In this document: positions 20,917 through 31,433 of the stretch, one piece after another | Position numbering within the stretch: the first letter of the stretch is position 1 | How the letters are laid out: every line of letters begins with the position of its first letter | Source of the DNA: Bacteroidia bacterium | Lineage (GTDB): Bacteria; Bacteroidota; Bacteroidia; M30B66 | Assembly: GCA_965279035.1 (NCBI GenBank) | Contig: OZ257142.1 | Span: 1,664,001-1,728,000, forward strand | Direction: 5' to 3' | Length of the DNA stretch: 64,000 nucleotides | Made by a program: the position numbers and the translations under genes | Notes under the pieces: model-generated | What the model was told of the DNA's origin: nothing | Databases searched by the model: none | Seen by the model: only the letters and a program-made list of their open reading frames with translations

Positions 20917-22041
20917 ATGAAATCAATTTCTACTCATTTAATTTCTTCCATCCTCCTAGTATTTTCATCTTATACAGGCTATTCTCAAGTAGCCAATACG
21001 GGAATGGTTGAGCAAATGGATAGTTCGGAAATTGGAAAAATTGTATTGAGTGGATATGTCGATACGTATTATGGATTTGATTTTAATCAACCTGCTCAAT
21101 CCGATCGACCTTATACTGTTTCATCTCCTCGTCATAATGAAGTCAATATAAACTTGGCGTATTTAGGAGTGAATTATACCAATGAAAAAGTGCGTGGTCG
21201 ATTTATTCCTGGATTTGGGAATTATATGAATTCGAATTATGCCACTGAAATAGGTTCTTTGAAAAACATTGTTGAAGCAAATGCTGGTGTACGACTATCA
21301 AAGAAATATGACATTTGGGTTGATGCAGGTGTAATGGGGTCTCCTTATACAAATGAATCAGCCATTTCGCGCGACCATTTAATGTACACGCGTTCTTTTG
21401 CACCCGAATTTGTCCCTTATTATTTGACTGGTGTTAAATTATCCGGGAAAATATCTTCAAAATTAACAGGCTATCTCTATATTTTAAATGGGTGGCAGCA
21501 CATTACGGATACCAATAATCCACTTTCCATCGGAACACAAATCGAATATCGTCCTACGAGTAAACTGCTCATTAATTGGAATACCTATGTGGGAGATGAA
21601 TATTCTACACAAACTCCCACATTCGGAATACGTTATTTCAGTGATATCTATGCTATCTATAATCCAGATGGGAAGTTCACTTTCACGAGTTGTTTCTATG
21701 CTGGCTATCAACAAATTCGTCAACCGGGTATATCCGATTCTTACGCACAATGGTGGCAAGCCAATTTTATAGCACGTTATTCATTCAATAAAACATCCTC
21801 TCTTTCTGGTAGAATTGAATATTTTGACGATCCTAATAAAGTTCAAATTACTCCTATAACTACTTCTCCTCAATTTAGTACCGCAAGTGCTGGACTTTGT
21901 TACAATTATAAAATCACCAAGAATGCTCTTTTTAGATTGGAATACCGTAATTACTTTTCTGATAAACCGGTTTATGTGAGAGAAAATAGGAGTGTAAATA
22001 ATGATAATTTGATAATAGGAAATTTAACAGTTTGGTTTTAA
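20917..22041 (+). CDS. Second BBP2-like outer-membrane porin
   Basis: SGYVDTYYGFDFN, PYYLTG, NGWQ motifs; terminal Phe. Confidence 0.85.
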   Translation: MKSISTHLISSILLVFSSYTGYSQVANTGMVEQMDSSEIGKIVLSGYVDTYYGFDFNQPAQSDRPYTVSSPRHNEVNINLAYLGVNYTNEKVRGRFIPGFGNYMNSNYATEIGSLKNIVEANAGVRLSKKYDIWVDAGVMGSPYTNESAISRDHLMYTRSFAPEFVPYYLTGVKLSGKISSKLTGYLYILNGWQHITDTNNPLSIGTQIEYRPTSKLLINWNTYVGDEYSTQTPTFGIRYFSDIYAIYNPDGKFTFTSCFYAGYQQIRQPGISDSYAQWWQANFIARYSFNKTSSLSGRIEYFDDPNKVQITPITTSPQFSTASAGLCYNYKITKNALFRLEYRNYFSDKPVYVRENRSVNNDNLIIGNLTVWF

Positions 22042-22104
22042 TATCTGCTTATCATCCTGTTTCGATTTATTAATTATTTTGCGGATAATTTACTTATCTG
22101 CTCT

Positions 22105-22944
22105 ATGTCTAAACATTCCTTGTATCCTTGTCTTTGGTTTAATCAAGAAGCGCAAGAAGCTGCAGCCTTTTACTGTTCTGTGTTTTCAGATTCGAAAATC
22201 ATAGCTCAAAATCCATTGGTTGCCAATTTCGAATTGCATGGAATGAGGTTTATGGCATTGAATGGTGACCCTATGTTTACCATGAATCCTTCAATTTCTG
22301 TTTTTGTGAACTGTCAAAATTCCGACGAAGTTCATCGTTTATGGAATGCATTGATAGAAAACGGAAAGGCCTTAATTTCCATAGGAAACTATCCTTGGAG
22401 TAGTTTATATGGTTGGTTGCAAGATCAATACGGTTTTACTTGGCAGATTTCGCATGTTGCTGATTTACCTGTCGATATTCAATTAACTCCTAGTTTACTA
22501 TTTACTCGTGATGTATTCGGACGGGGAGAAGAAGCTGTTCGATTCTATACCAATCTTTTTCCCGAGTCATCTATAACTCGTTTAGAGCATTATCCTGCTC
22601 AGGATGCAAATTCAGGTAAATTGCTTTATTCCGAATTCTTATTAAATCATTACAAGCTCATTGCCATGGATGGTCCCGGCGATCATGCTTATCGTTTTGA
22701 TGAAGGTATTTCACTCGTTATAACCTGTGAAAATCAGGAGGAAATTGATTACTATTGGAATCATCTAACCGAAGGTGGAGAAGAAAGTAGATGTGGTTGG
22801 TTAAAAGATAAATTTGGAATAAGCTGGCAAGTTGTTCCCGAAATACTCGGAAAACTCATGTCGGATCCAGAACGTTCGCAGCGAGTAATCAATGCATTTA
22901 TGAAAATGCGTAAATTCGATATTCAGGCATTAATCGATGCTTAA
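22105..22944 (+). CDS. VOC family protein (duplicated PhnB/3-demethylubiquinone-9 MT-like domain)
   Basis: PCLWF, GWLQDQYGFTWQ and CGWLKDKFGISWQV repeats. Confidence 0.9.
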   Translation: MSKHSLYPCLWFNQEAQEAAAFYCSVFSDSKIIAQNPLVANFELHGMRFMALNGDPMFTMNPSISVFVNCQNSDEVHRLWNALIENGKALISIGNYPWSSLYGWLQDQYGFTWQISHVADLPVDIQLTPSLLFTRDVFGRGEEAVRFYTNLFPESSITRLEHYPAQDANSGKLLYSEFLLNHYKLIAMDGPGDHAYRFDEGISLVITCENQEEIDYYWNHLTEGGEESRCGWLKDKFGISWQVVPEILGKLMSDPERSQRVINAFMKMRKFDIQALIDA

Positions 22945-23019
22945 TTTTTAAATGTATATTTAACATTCATTCCAATCAAATCGTTTGGAGTATCATTTAT
23001 TTTTCTTTAAACTAATTGA

Positions 23020-23748
23020 ATGCAATTAAGTAATAATAAAATTCTCATTACAGGCGGTGCAACAGGCATTGGGCTCGGGCTTAGCGAACGTTTCCTTGCT
23101 GAGAATAATACAATTATTGTTTGTGGAAGAAGAAAAGACGTATTAGATGATTTAAAGTACAAGCATCCTCAAATCATTACCCGAGTGTGTGATTTAGAAT
23201 TATCGGATGATCGAATTAATTTATATCATTGGATTCAACAAGAGCATGCAGATTTATCAGTATTAATTAATAATGCGGGAATTCAAAACTGGATGAATTT
23301 AGATGATGAGGATTTTGTTTCAAAAGCAAAGCAAGAAATTTCTATCAATATTGAAGCACCTGTTCATTTGTGTAATTTGTTTCAGCAGCTTCCTTCTTTA
23401 AAAACAATCATGAATGTTACTTCTGGACTTGCTTTTATTCCACTTACCAAAGTTCCTGTTTACTCTGCTACTAAAGCCTTTTTTCATTCTTTTACACTTT
23501 CACTTCGTCACCTGCTAAAATCAAAAAATATTGAGGTCATTGAAATAATTCCACCTGCTTTAAATACTGATTTAGGCGGTCATGGTTTGCATACTTTTGC
23601 TCCTCCAGTGGCAGAGTTTATTGATTCAATATTTAAGCAATTAGAAGCCGGGAAAATAGAATTAACTTTTGGCTTTAGTGATATGATGATACAAGCGGAT
23701 GGAAATCAGTTAAAACAAGCTTTTGATCGAATGAATTCTTCAAATTAA
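23020..23748 (+). CDS. SDR oxidoreductase (DltE-like)
   Basis: TGGATGIG, NNAG, YSATK. Confidence 0.9.
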   Translation: MQLSNNKILITGGATGIGLGLSERFLAENNTIIVCGRRKDVLDDLKYKHPQIITRVCDLELSDDRINLYHWIQQEHADLSVLINNAGIQNWMNLDDEDFVSKAKQEISINIEAPVHLCNLFQQLPSLKTIMNVTSGLAFIPLTKVPVYSATKAFFHSFTLSLRHLLKSKNIEVIEIIPPALNTDLGGHGLHTFAPPVAEFIDSIFKQLEAGKIELTFGFSDMMIQADGNQLKQAFDRMNSSN

Positions 23749-23749
23749 A

Positions 23750-24187
23750 ATGTATATGATTTACAGCAAAGATTTACTCATTAAGAAATCACGTAATTTA
23801 CTTTTCTGGTCCTTCTGTGCCTGTATTCCGATTTTATTTTTTTTACAGAAAATGGAAATTGCCGGTGGTGGAGAGAATGAATTGGATATACTCATTTTTC
23901 CAGCGCTCATTTTTATTTTGTGTGGAATGTATGTTTTATATAAACGTAAAATTGATTTTGTAAATAAACAAACGAGTAAGCCAATTTATTTGATCTCCGA
24001 AATAATGATCTCTATCATAACGCTATTAACCGCTTTATCGATAGGGTTTGAACTACTTTTCGTGAAATTTGAATGGAGGATTTTAACATTCGCTTTGATT
24101 TATAGTTTTTTTAGTGCACTCATTTTCTATGCTGATATGAAGGAATTGAAAATGATTGAAAAAAATAAATCAACCCATGTTCATTAA
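23750..24187 (+). CDS. Hypothetical 4-TM membrane protein
   Basis: Hydrophobic segments; starts 1 nt after the SDR stop. Confidence 0.6.
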   Translation: MYMIYSKDLLIKKSRNLLFWSFCACIPILFFLQKMEIAGGGENELDILIFPALIFILCGMYVLYKRKIDFVNKQTSKPIYLISEIMISIITLLTALSIGFELLFVKFEWRILTFALIYSFFSALIFYADMKELKMIEKNKSTHVH

Positions 24188-24204
24188 TCAATTTTATATT
24201 TTAT

Positions 24205-27200
24205 TTATTCCCTTATCCAACGTACTGTTTTTATTGAATTTCCTCCCACCAGTTGAATAAAATACACTCCCGATTTTAACTTTTGTAAGTTGATTTCATG
24301 TTCTCCCAATTGGAGTCTATTTTCCCCGCATATTTGTCCCAATGCATTGAAAATACGTATCGTTTGAATAGAATTGGAAGGCTTAATTTGAACAATTCCT
24401 TCACCCGGATTCGGATAAATTAAAAATGTATCTTCTTGAATATTATTTAAATCAAGTGGACACACTTTCACATCAATGCTATCAAGTGAAATACATCCTT
24501 GAGCATTTGTCACCTGAACACTATACAGACCTTCAGATAGAATTACTCGACTTGAATCACTTGATTCATCTTCCCATAAATAGTGATTGCTTGAATCACC
24601 TGCATTTAATATAAATGGATTAAACGGACAAAGAACTGTATCATTTCCAAGATTTATTATTGGATTTTCACCTAATAAAACATGTACAGAATCTTTCCAA
24701 ACATCACCACAATCACTGATTATTTTAGCCCAATATATTCCTGGTTGAAATATTGTATAAGATTGTTGATTAGTGAAATCTTGCCAAATATGTTCAAGAT
24801 TTGGATGCCCAGTTTCTAACACCAATACAGTTCCTGGACATAAATAGGATGGATCTTGAAATACAAAATAGGGATATTCATTTTTGATTTGAATTTGAAT
24901 CGTATCGCGAGCAATACATCCTGCAGAATTGCTTACAGCTAGAGATATTAATGTTGGGTAACCAATTGTTGAACTACTTAACACCGAACCATTCGACCAA
25001 TTATAACTAATGAAATCGCCCAATGGTGCTTGGATCGTTATATCCGTTCCCATACAGAATGATTGATCCGGACCTAATGAAATACTAAATGCTTGAGTAA
25101 ATCCTGTAACATGTATCGTATCACTTGCAAAACAACCACCAGCACTTGTTGTCTTTACCCAATATATGCCTGGTCCATTTGCATTTTGATAGCTCATGGT
25201 ACTACCATTTTGCCATAAATACGAAGTATAACCCATTCCCGGACTTAAATGAATACTACCTGTCTCACAAATCAAAGTATCATTTCCTAAATCAGGTGTA
25301 TTATTTCCTAATTGTACGAATAAAGTATCATACAGCATTCCTTCGCATCCAGCATCGCGCGAAACTGTTAATATCCCCATTCCAGAAAATTCACCACTTT
25401 GAATGCTAACATGTTCGGCATCTTGAATTTGTACTGTCCCAGCTCCAGAATACGTCCAATTGGTATTGCCGGGATGTCCACATCGAATGGAATACTGTGC
25501 GGAGGAATTTGCACAAATAAATGTTGGGCCTTCAATAGTAGGTGTTAAATCAGCAGCAAAGCTTGAAACAAGATTAGGCAATCCATAATTATTAAAATCA
25601 ATTGCTAAAGCTTTATCTACAAAATGGCAGTCAGTTCCATTGAGATTAGGATATGTGATTTCATCCAAATAATAACTCGCGGATCGAGCACTATATATCT
25701 TTCCATTTTTTGCTAATTGTAATGAACCTAATCCATTTCCATTTGCACTTGAACTCCCAATTAATTGTCGAGATGCCAGAATTTCCTCGGGATTACCAGA
25801 ACTTAGATCTAATTGATAAATTTCGGCTTGATGATAGGAAGGCATTGAATTGCTGATATACAATTTAGACCCATCGGGAGAGAATTCTATACCATAAGGC
25901 ATCGTATAAATATCTGCAGGAATGGTGAGTGCATTACTTACTATTCCTGTTGTATTATCGAAATCAAAAAGCTGTGATTGAGTAGGTGTATCTGATGGAA
26001 AATGAATATTTAATGCAAGTTTATCACCCTGTGGAGATATTTTCATGCAACCTAAGGATGCCATGCCACCATCATTTATAGCTCCATGAGTAATTCCTGC
26101 ATGTGAAATTACTGGCGTTGAATCTATTCCTGAATCTGTAATTAAATAAGCATAAAATTCATCCGTTCCATATGCATGTGAGACATGCCAAATATCATGT
26201 CCATTACAATGTTTTACTGCCGATTGTTTTTCGCATGTAGGTGTATATAAATTCACATTTTTATCAACAACTACGCCTTGTCCACTATTCACCGTTACAT
26301 CAACAGAAGTATAAGAAAGTCCTCCTCCAGTTGGAACCAATTGTCCTCCAAAATGATCTGTTGTAAATACGTAATAAATTGAATTGTAAGAAGGATTAGG
26401 AATAATAAGAGCCGATTGTGTAGAAGAACTTCCTCCTAACAATCCCATACCATTTCCAACCAATTGACCTTGGCCATTATTTACTTGAGTTCCATCCGTA
26501 ATAAGTAATAAATTCCCATTTAAATCGCAAATGCTTGATACACCTTCGTTAGGAAATAAATACTGACTTGCATATAAATTAGTAATTACTGGATTTGCAC
26601 CAAAAAAACTTAATTCTGTACCACTTCCAAACCACCATCTTAACGATTCTCCACTATTACATGAGCCAACAGGCACATAAATATAGTTTGATGTATCAGC
26701 GCAGATCCCATTAGAAGCGATTAATTGTACTTGATATTCTCCAGCACTAGGAAAATAATAATCGAGTGTATTTCCACCTCCAATATAATTATCATTGACA
26801 TACCAAGACGCACTTACTTGATATAAGTCTGCATTAAAATGAACAGGTTCTCCTGGTTGTGGACTAGCGGGACTATATGTTGGTTGAATTGGAATGAGTC
26901 CACATATCACGTGAAAATTTGTTTCTTGTTGACTATAACAATTTAAATCTGAATTATATATTCGAAATAAAACTTGATAATAGCCTACAGCATTTGTTTG
27001 AAATGTAAATAGGCTGTCTGTACCCTGAACTTGACCATTGACAAGCCATTCGAAATGATGAGGGACTGTTGCTTGACTATATCCTTCAAGTAAAATAGAT
27101 GAATTTACATAAAGTGTGTAAGGGGGATTATAATTGGGCACATTCGTTCCAGAGGCATAAACACCACACGAATTTTCGCAACCTGTTGATTCGTTTAAAC

Positions 27201-28194
27201 TTTCTCTCGGATCATCCAACATGGCATTCATTCTGTCGGATTGACCTTGTGTAAATAAATGCTGACAAAGCTGGTAACCATAATCCATGTAATTCACAAA
27301 TAAATCAGGTTGCTCTCCTTGTCCACCAAGTGATATAGCGCGAAATGGATTTTGTAGCGAGGCATCATCACTATCGGTATGACACGTATTAGCTGATAAT
27401 GAGCAAGCAACTGGATCAGATGAATTATCTGGTGGAGTATCGCACACATGATCACCATCGAGCGCACAATTGTTATTTATGCAACCTTCGTTAAATGTGT
27501 GATATAGACCAAGATAATGTCCCGCCTCATGAATATGTACCTTGGAATTATCCACACTGCTACCAAAAAAACTCGCTTCATTTACAATTCCGTCAATTGA
27601 ATTTCCATGATTATTAGGAAAAGTTGCATATCCAGCAATACCATTTCCCATGGATGTTGAAGTTATTTCATTTACTAACCAAATGTTTAAGTAGCGCGTT
27701 GGGTCCCATTGGATAATACTTTTAAGTGACTCATCTTGAGAATCTACATTCATGTTAGTTAGCTCCGAAACATGCCGTGTAATGCCTGTTGTAGGCAATC
27801 CAGTTTCATCTTGTTGAGCCAAACAAAACTGGATATGCGTATTCACTCCATTGGTTTGACTATATGCACCAGAATTTGAAAATGCTTGATTTAAATGTGC
27901 AATACCTTGTATTACTTGAGCATCTGAAATATTTTCTACTCCATTTTGATGAATAATGTGAATGACAATGGGAATAGTTCGATCTACTTCACGTTGACTT
28001 GCATTAACTTGACGTGTTGCTTGATAAATATGCAGGTTGATTGCCTTCTCCATTCCTGCTTTTTCGGGATGAAGCAATCGTGTTTTTTCAAGTAAAAAGT
28101 CACTTGCACATGATTGAGACGTCTGAGCAACAAGACATTGGTTAATAAAAATAGCAATGAAAAATAGGAGTGATCGAACGGTAGAATTGATCAT
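24205..28194 (-). CDS. M43 (pappalysin/ulilysin-like) zinc metalloprotease with PKD, propeller and Ig-like repeats and a T9SS CTD
   Basis: HEAGHYLGLYH, NYMDY Met-turn, LGNDT Ig repeats, IYPNP CTD. Confidence 0.92.
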   Translation of the reverse strand: MINSTVRSLLFFIAIFINQCLVAQTSQSCASDFLLEKTRLLHPEKAGMEKAINLHIYQATRQVNASQREVDRTIPIVIHIIHQNGVENISDAQVIQGIAHLNQAFSNSGAYSQTNGVNTHIQFCLAQQDETGLPTTGITRHVSELTNMNVDSQDESLKSIIQWDPTRYLNIWLVNEITSTSMGNGIAGYATFPNNHGNSIDGIVNEASFFGSSVDNSKVHIHEAGHYLGLYHTFNEGCINNNCALDGDHVCDTPPDNSSDPVACSLSANTCHTDSDDASLQNPFRAISLGGQGEQPDLFVNYMDYGYQLCQHLFTQGQSDRMNAMLDDPRESLNESTGCENSCGVYASGTNVPNYNPPYTLYVNSSILLEGYSQATVPHHFEWLVNGQVQGTDSLFTFQTNAVGYYQVLFRIYNSDLNCYSQQETNFHVICGLIPIQPTYSPASPQPGEPVHFNADLYQVSASWYVNDNYIGGGNTLDYYFPSAGEYQVQLIASNGICADTSNYIYVPVGSCNSGESLRWWFGSGTELSFFGANPVITNLYASQYLFPNEGVSSICDLNGNLLLITDGTQVNNGQGQLVGNGMGLLGGSSSTQSALIIPNPSYNSIYYVFTTDHFGGQLVPTGGGLSYTSVDVTVNSGQGVVVDKNVNLYTPTCEKQSAVKHCNGHDIWHVSHAYGTDEFYAYLITDSGIDSTPVISHAGITHGAINDGGMASLGCMKISPQGDKLALNIHFPSDTPTQSQLFDFDNTTGIVSNALTIPADIYTMPYGIEFSPDGSKLYISNSMPSYHQAEIYQLDLSSGNPEEILASRQLIGSSSANGNGLGSLQLAKNGKIYSARSASYYLDEITYPNLNGTDCHFVDKALAIDFNNYGLPNLVSSFAADLTPTIEGPTFICANSSAQYSIRCGHPGNTNWTYSGAGTVQIQDAEHVSIQSGEFSGMGILTVSRDAGCEGMLYDTLFVQLGNNTPDLGNDTLICETGSIHLSPGMGYTSYLWQNGSTMSYQNANGPGIYWVKTTSAGGCFASDTIHVTGFTQAFSISLGPDQSFCMGTDITIQAPLGDFISYNWSNGSVLSSSTIGYPTLISLAVSNSAGCIARDTIQIQIKNEYPYFVFQDPSYLCPGTVLVLETGHPNLEHIWQDFTNQQSYTIFQPGIYWAKIISDCGDVWKDSVHVLLGENPIINLGNDTVLCPFNPFILNAGDSSNHYLWEDESSDSSRVILSEGLYSVQVTNAQGCISLDSIDVKVCPLDLNNIQEDTFLIYPNPGEGIVQIKPSNSIQTIRIFNALGQICGENRLQLGEHEINLQKLKSGVYFIQLVGGNSIKTVRWIRE

Positions 28195-28494
28195 GTCTCG
28201 GGATTGGATTTCTAAAGATAAATTTTATTTAGATGATACCCGTTGTGCTGTTAAAAATTAGAATTATTCTTCAACACTATTTATCGCTTACCCCAATAAT
28301 CAATACTTATGTAATGCCTTTAGATTAAATTATTTAAATTAAAAATAGGTTTAGAAACGGATCAGTGTGGAGGCTATGTCTGGGCGGCGAGGGTGTGTTT
28401 CGACATAGATGAGAAAAAAGCTTATCCGAGCAAAATGGTCGAAAAAAGGCCTTGAGCGTATTCAGCATCGTCCAGACTTGACCTTATTTGCATG

Positions 28495-28517
28495 CACGCT
28501 GAGCTTGTCGAAGCGTG
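28495..28517. repeat. Single REP-like palindrome CACGCT-GAGCTTGTCGA-AGCGTG
   Basis: 6-bp arms around a CTTCGACAAGCTCAG-type core. Confidence 0.55.
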
Positions 28518-28873
28518 TGTCAAGACAAGAAAGTAATACGTCGTAGACAAACATGAATGATATTTGACAAGAAGCATTAACAGTCTTATTTCATTGATTG
28601 ATATAAAAAAAATAAATTGATAATTCAACCGCACAACGGGTTTAGATGATTTCTGATCAAAATGAAAAATTGATACTATTCGTTTATTCTTAAGAATTGT
28701 GAAATATCTGAAAATACATCTCAGTCATAGGATGAATTAGAAGAGTTTGTTTAACCAATTCTTCAAAATTGTATGTGAGCATTATGTAATTTATTTTGAT
28801 TAAATGATAAGAATATTTACTCATTTGATATGAACTTTGCGGAATCATTCCTTACTAAATAATTGACTATATA

Positions 28874-29386
28874 ATGCGGTATTTCATTTTGGTATTTATA
28901 TCTTTTTTTTCGTCGATACACGCTCAACCATTACAAACAGTGAAGCAAGTTGATTTAGAACGCTATGCTGGAAAATGGTATGAAATAGCATCTTATCCTC
29001 ATTCATTTCAACGTGGTTGTCATTGTACTACAGCCGAATATACATTTACTGGGAAGCGTTATTTATCTGTTGTGAATACTTGTAGAAGGGATAGTTCAAC
29101 TGGGAAAATATCGACTATTAAAGGACGAATATTTGTGAAGAAAAATTCCGGAAACGCAAAATTACGCGTTCGTTTTTTTTGGCCCTTTTGTGCAAAATAT
29201 TGGATTATTGAATTAGCTTCAGATTATAGTTATGCTGTGGTTGGACACCCGAATCGAAAATCACTGTGGATATTATCACGGAAACCTCAAATGGATGAGA
29301 AAGTGTATAAAACCATTGTTGCTGGCTTAAAAGACAAAGGCTATGATTACGGTGGATTGGTTGTTACTCAACAAGATTGCAAATAG
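28874..29386 (+). CDS. blc: Bacterial lipocalin (Blc-like)
   Basis: RYAGKWYEIA, FFWPF, LWILSR motifs. Confidence 0.9.
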   Translation: MRYFILVFISFFSSIHAQPLQTVKQVDLERYAGKWYEIASYPHSFQRGCHCTTAEYTFTGKRYLSVVNTCRRDSSTGKISTIKGRIFVKKNSGNAKLRVRFFWPFCAKYWIIELASDYSYAVVGHPNRKSLWILSRKPQMDEKVYKTIVAGLKDKGYDYGGLVVTQQDCK

Positions 29387-29417
29387 TAATTCAAATCAAA
29401 TAATATAAAAATACAGC

Positions 29418-29888
29418 ATGAAAACGGATCTTGGAATTTCACCTAAAAAATTAAAGAAAAGTATTGATCATTTAAGCATCATATTGGCTGATGAAACATT
29501 ACTATATATGAAAACTCGGAAGTTTCATTGGAATGTTTCTGGTGAGAGCTTTATGGAATTGCATCATTTATTTCAAGATCAATATTCCGAATTAGAATCA
29601 GTTATTGATTCTGTTGCTGAACGAATTGGAAAACTAGGTGGGAAAACAATAGGCACCATGAAAGAATTTCTTGATAAAGCAACATTAGAAGAATCACCAG
29701 ATATCTATCCCGATCAAAAGGAAATGCTAACTGAATTATTGAACGACCATGAAAAAATGGTTCGTCACATTCGCAAAGATATTGAAGGTAATGAGGAACT
29801 TTCGGATGCTGGAACGGTTGATTATTTAACAGGTTTGATGGAACAACACGAAACAACAGCATGGATTTTAAGAAGGTACTTAAATTAA
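29418..29888 (+). CDS. dps: DNA starvation/stationary phase protection protein
   Basis: FHWNVSG..F..LH, DSVAERI ferroxidase motifs. Confidence 0.95.
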   Translation: MKTDLGISPKKLKKSIDHLSIILADETLLYMKTRKFHWNVSGESFMELHHLFQDQYSELESVIDSVAERIGKLGGKTIGTMKEFLDKATLEESPDIYPDQKEMLTELLNDHEKMVRHIRKDIEGNEELSDAGTVDYLTGLMEQHETTAWILRRYLN

Positions 29889-29967
29889 TTTTTAATTCAT
29901 TCTGCATTTAATTCAATTCATGATTTTGATCAGGAATTGAATTATTTTTTTAATATAAGTTTACTAA

Positions 29968-30726
29968 ATGAAAAAGCTACAAAATAAAACTGCTATCATT
30001 ACCGGTGCTGCATCGGGAATGGGAAGAGCAACAGCAATCTTGTTTGCAAAAGAAGGTGCACATGTGATTGTAAGCGACATTCATTTGTCTGATATTGAAC
30101 TTGTTTTAACTGAGATTCGTAAATTTGGTGGAGTTGCGTTTGGATTCGTTTGCGATGTATCACATGAAGAAGAAGTTAAACACCTTATTAAGTTTACAAT
30201 TGGTCATTTTAAAACCATCGATATCCTAATTAATAATGCAGGAATAATGGACGATTTTATGCCAATAGATCAAGTTAGTAATGAACTATGGACGAAAGTA
30301 TTGAATGTGAATTTAAATGGTCCATTTTTTACCTGTCGTGAAGTAATTCCCATCATGTTAAATCAAGGTACTGGATCAATCGTGAACATTTCATCAATTG
30401 GTGGATTAAATGGTGCACGTGCTGGAGCTGCATATACTGCATCAAAACATGCATTAATTGGTTTAACTAAAAATGTAGGGTTTATGTATGCAAGCAAAGG
30501 CATTCGTTGCAATGCTATTGCACCAGGTGGTGTAAATACAAACATTGGAAAGGATATGAATCCAAATCCATTCGGTTATGAGCGTTGTACTTCAGGTGCA
30601 GCAAACATGACTCGTATGGGAGAAGCCGATGAAATTGCACAAACAGCTTTGTTTTTAGCTAGCAATGATTCGAGTTTTATTAATGGAGCAGTTGTCACTG
30701 CTGATGGTGGTTGGACTGCGTATTAA
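29968..30726 (+). CDS. SDR oxidoreductase (FabG/glucose-1-DH-like)
   Basis: TGAASGMG, NNAG, YTASK. Confidence 0.92.
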   Translation: MKKLQNKTAIITGAASGMGRATAILFAKEGAHVIVSDIHLSDIELVLTEIRKFGGVAFGFVCDVSHEEEVKHLIKFTIGHFKTIDILINNAGIMDDFMPIDQVSNELWTKVLNVNLNGPFFTCREVIPIMLNQGTGSIVNISSIGGLNGARAGAAYTASKHALIGLTKNVGFMYASKGIRCNAIAPGGVNTNIGKDMNPNPFGYERCTSGAANMTRMGEADEIAQTALFLASNDSSFINGAVVTADGGWTAY

Positions 30727-30751
30727 GTTATTCTTGAATTAAGAATTCCTA

Positions 30752-31432
30752 TTACATTTTTAGTATTCTCCCGTCTTCCATCTCAATAATGCGATTTGTA
30801 CGTTTCGCAAATTCAATGTCATGCGTTACAATTAATAATGTTTGATGAAATTTATCAGCTAATTCTTTAAAAATATCAAATACAATCTCACTATTCTTTT
30901 TATCTAAATTTCCAGTAGGTTCATCTCCAATGATGAGTATTGGATCATTGATTAATGCTCGTGCTATTGCTACACGTTGCTTTTGCCCACCCGATAACAT
31001 ATTCGGACTTTTCTTTGCTTCAGATTCTATTCCTAATATTTTCAATTTTTCGAATGCACGTTCTTCCACTTCTTTTTCTGAATATTTCTCTAGTTTCAAA
31101 CCAGGTAACATCACGTTTCTTAAAACGGAAAATTCATTGAGTAAATAGTGAAACTGAAATACAAATCCTATTTTTTCATTTCTAACTTTTGCTAACTCAA
31201 TTTCCTTTTTCCCATTCATACTGATTCCTTCAATTTTAATTTCACCTTCGTATTCCGTATCCATGGTGGATAAAATATACAATAGTGTAGATTTACCACA
31301 TCCTGATTTTCCTGTTATCGATACAAATTCACCTTTGTTTATGGAGAAATTAATATCCTTCAATATATCAACTGTAATTGGGTCATGAAACTGTTTTGAA
31401 ACATGAATGGCTTCGAGTATTTTATTCTCCAT
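30752..31432 (-). CDS. ABC transporter ATP-binding protein (LolD/MacB-type)
   Basis: GKSGCGKS, LSGGQ, DEPTGNLD. Confidence 0.95.
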   Translation of the reverse strand: MENKILEAIHVSKQFHDPITVDILKDINFSINKGEFVSITGKSGCGKSTLLYILSTMDTEYEGEIKIEGISMNGKKEIELAKVRNEKIGFVFQFHYLLNEFSVLRNVMLPGLKLEKYSEKEVEERAFEKLKILGIESEAKKSPNMLSGGQKQRVAIARALINDPILIIGDEPTGNLDKKNSEIVFDIFKELADKFHQTLLIVTHDIEFAKRTNRIIEMEDGRILKM

Positions 31433-31433
31433 T

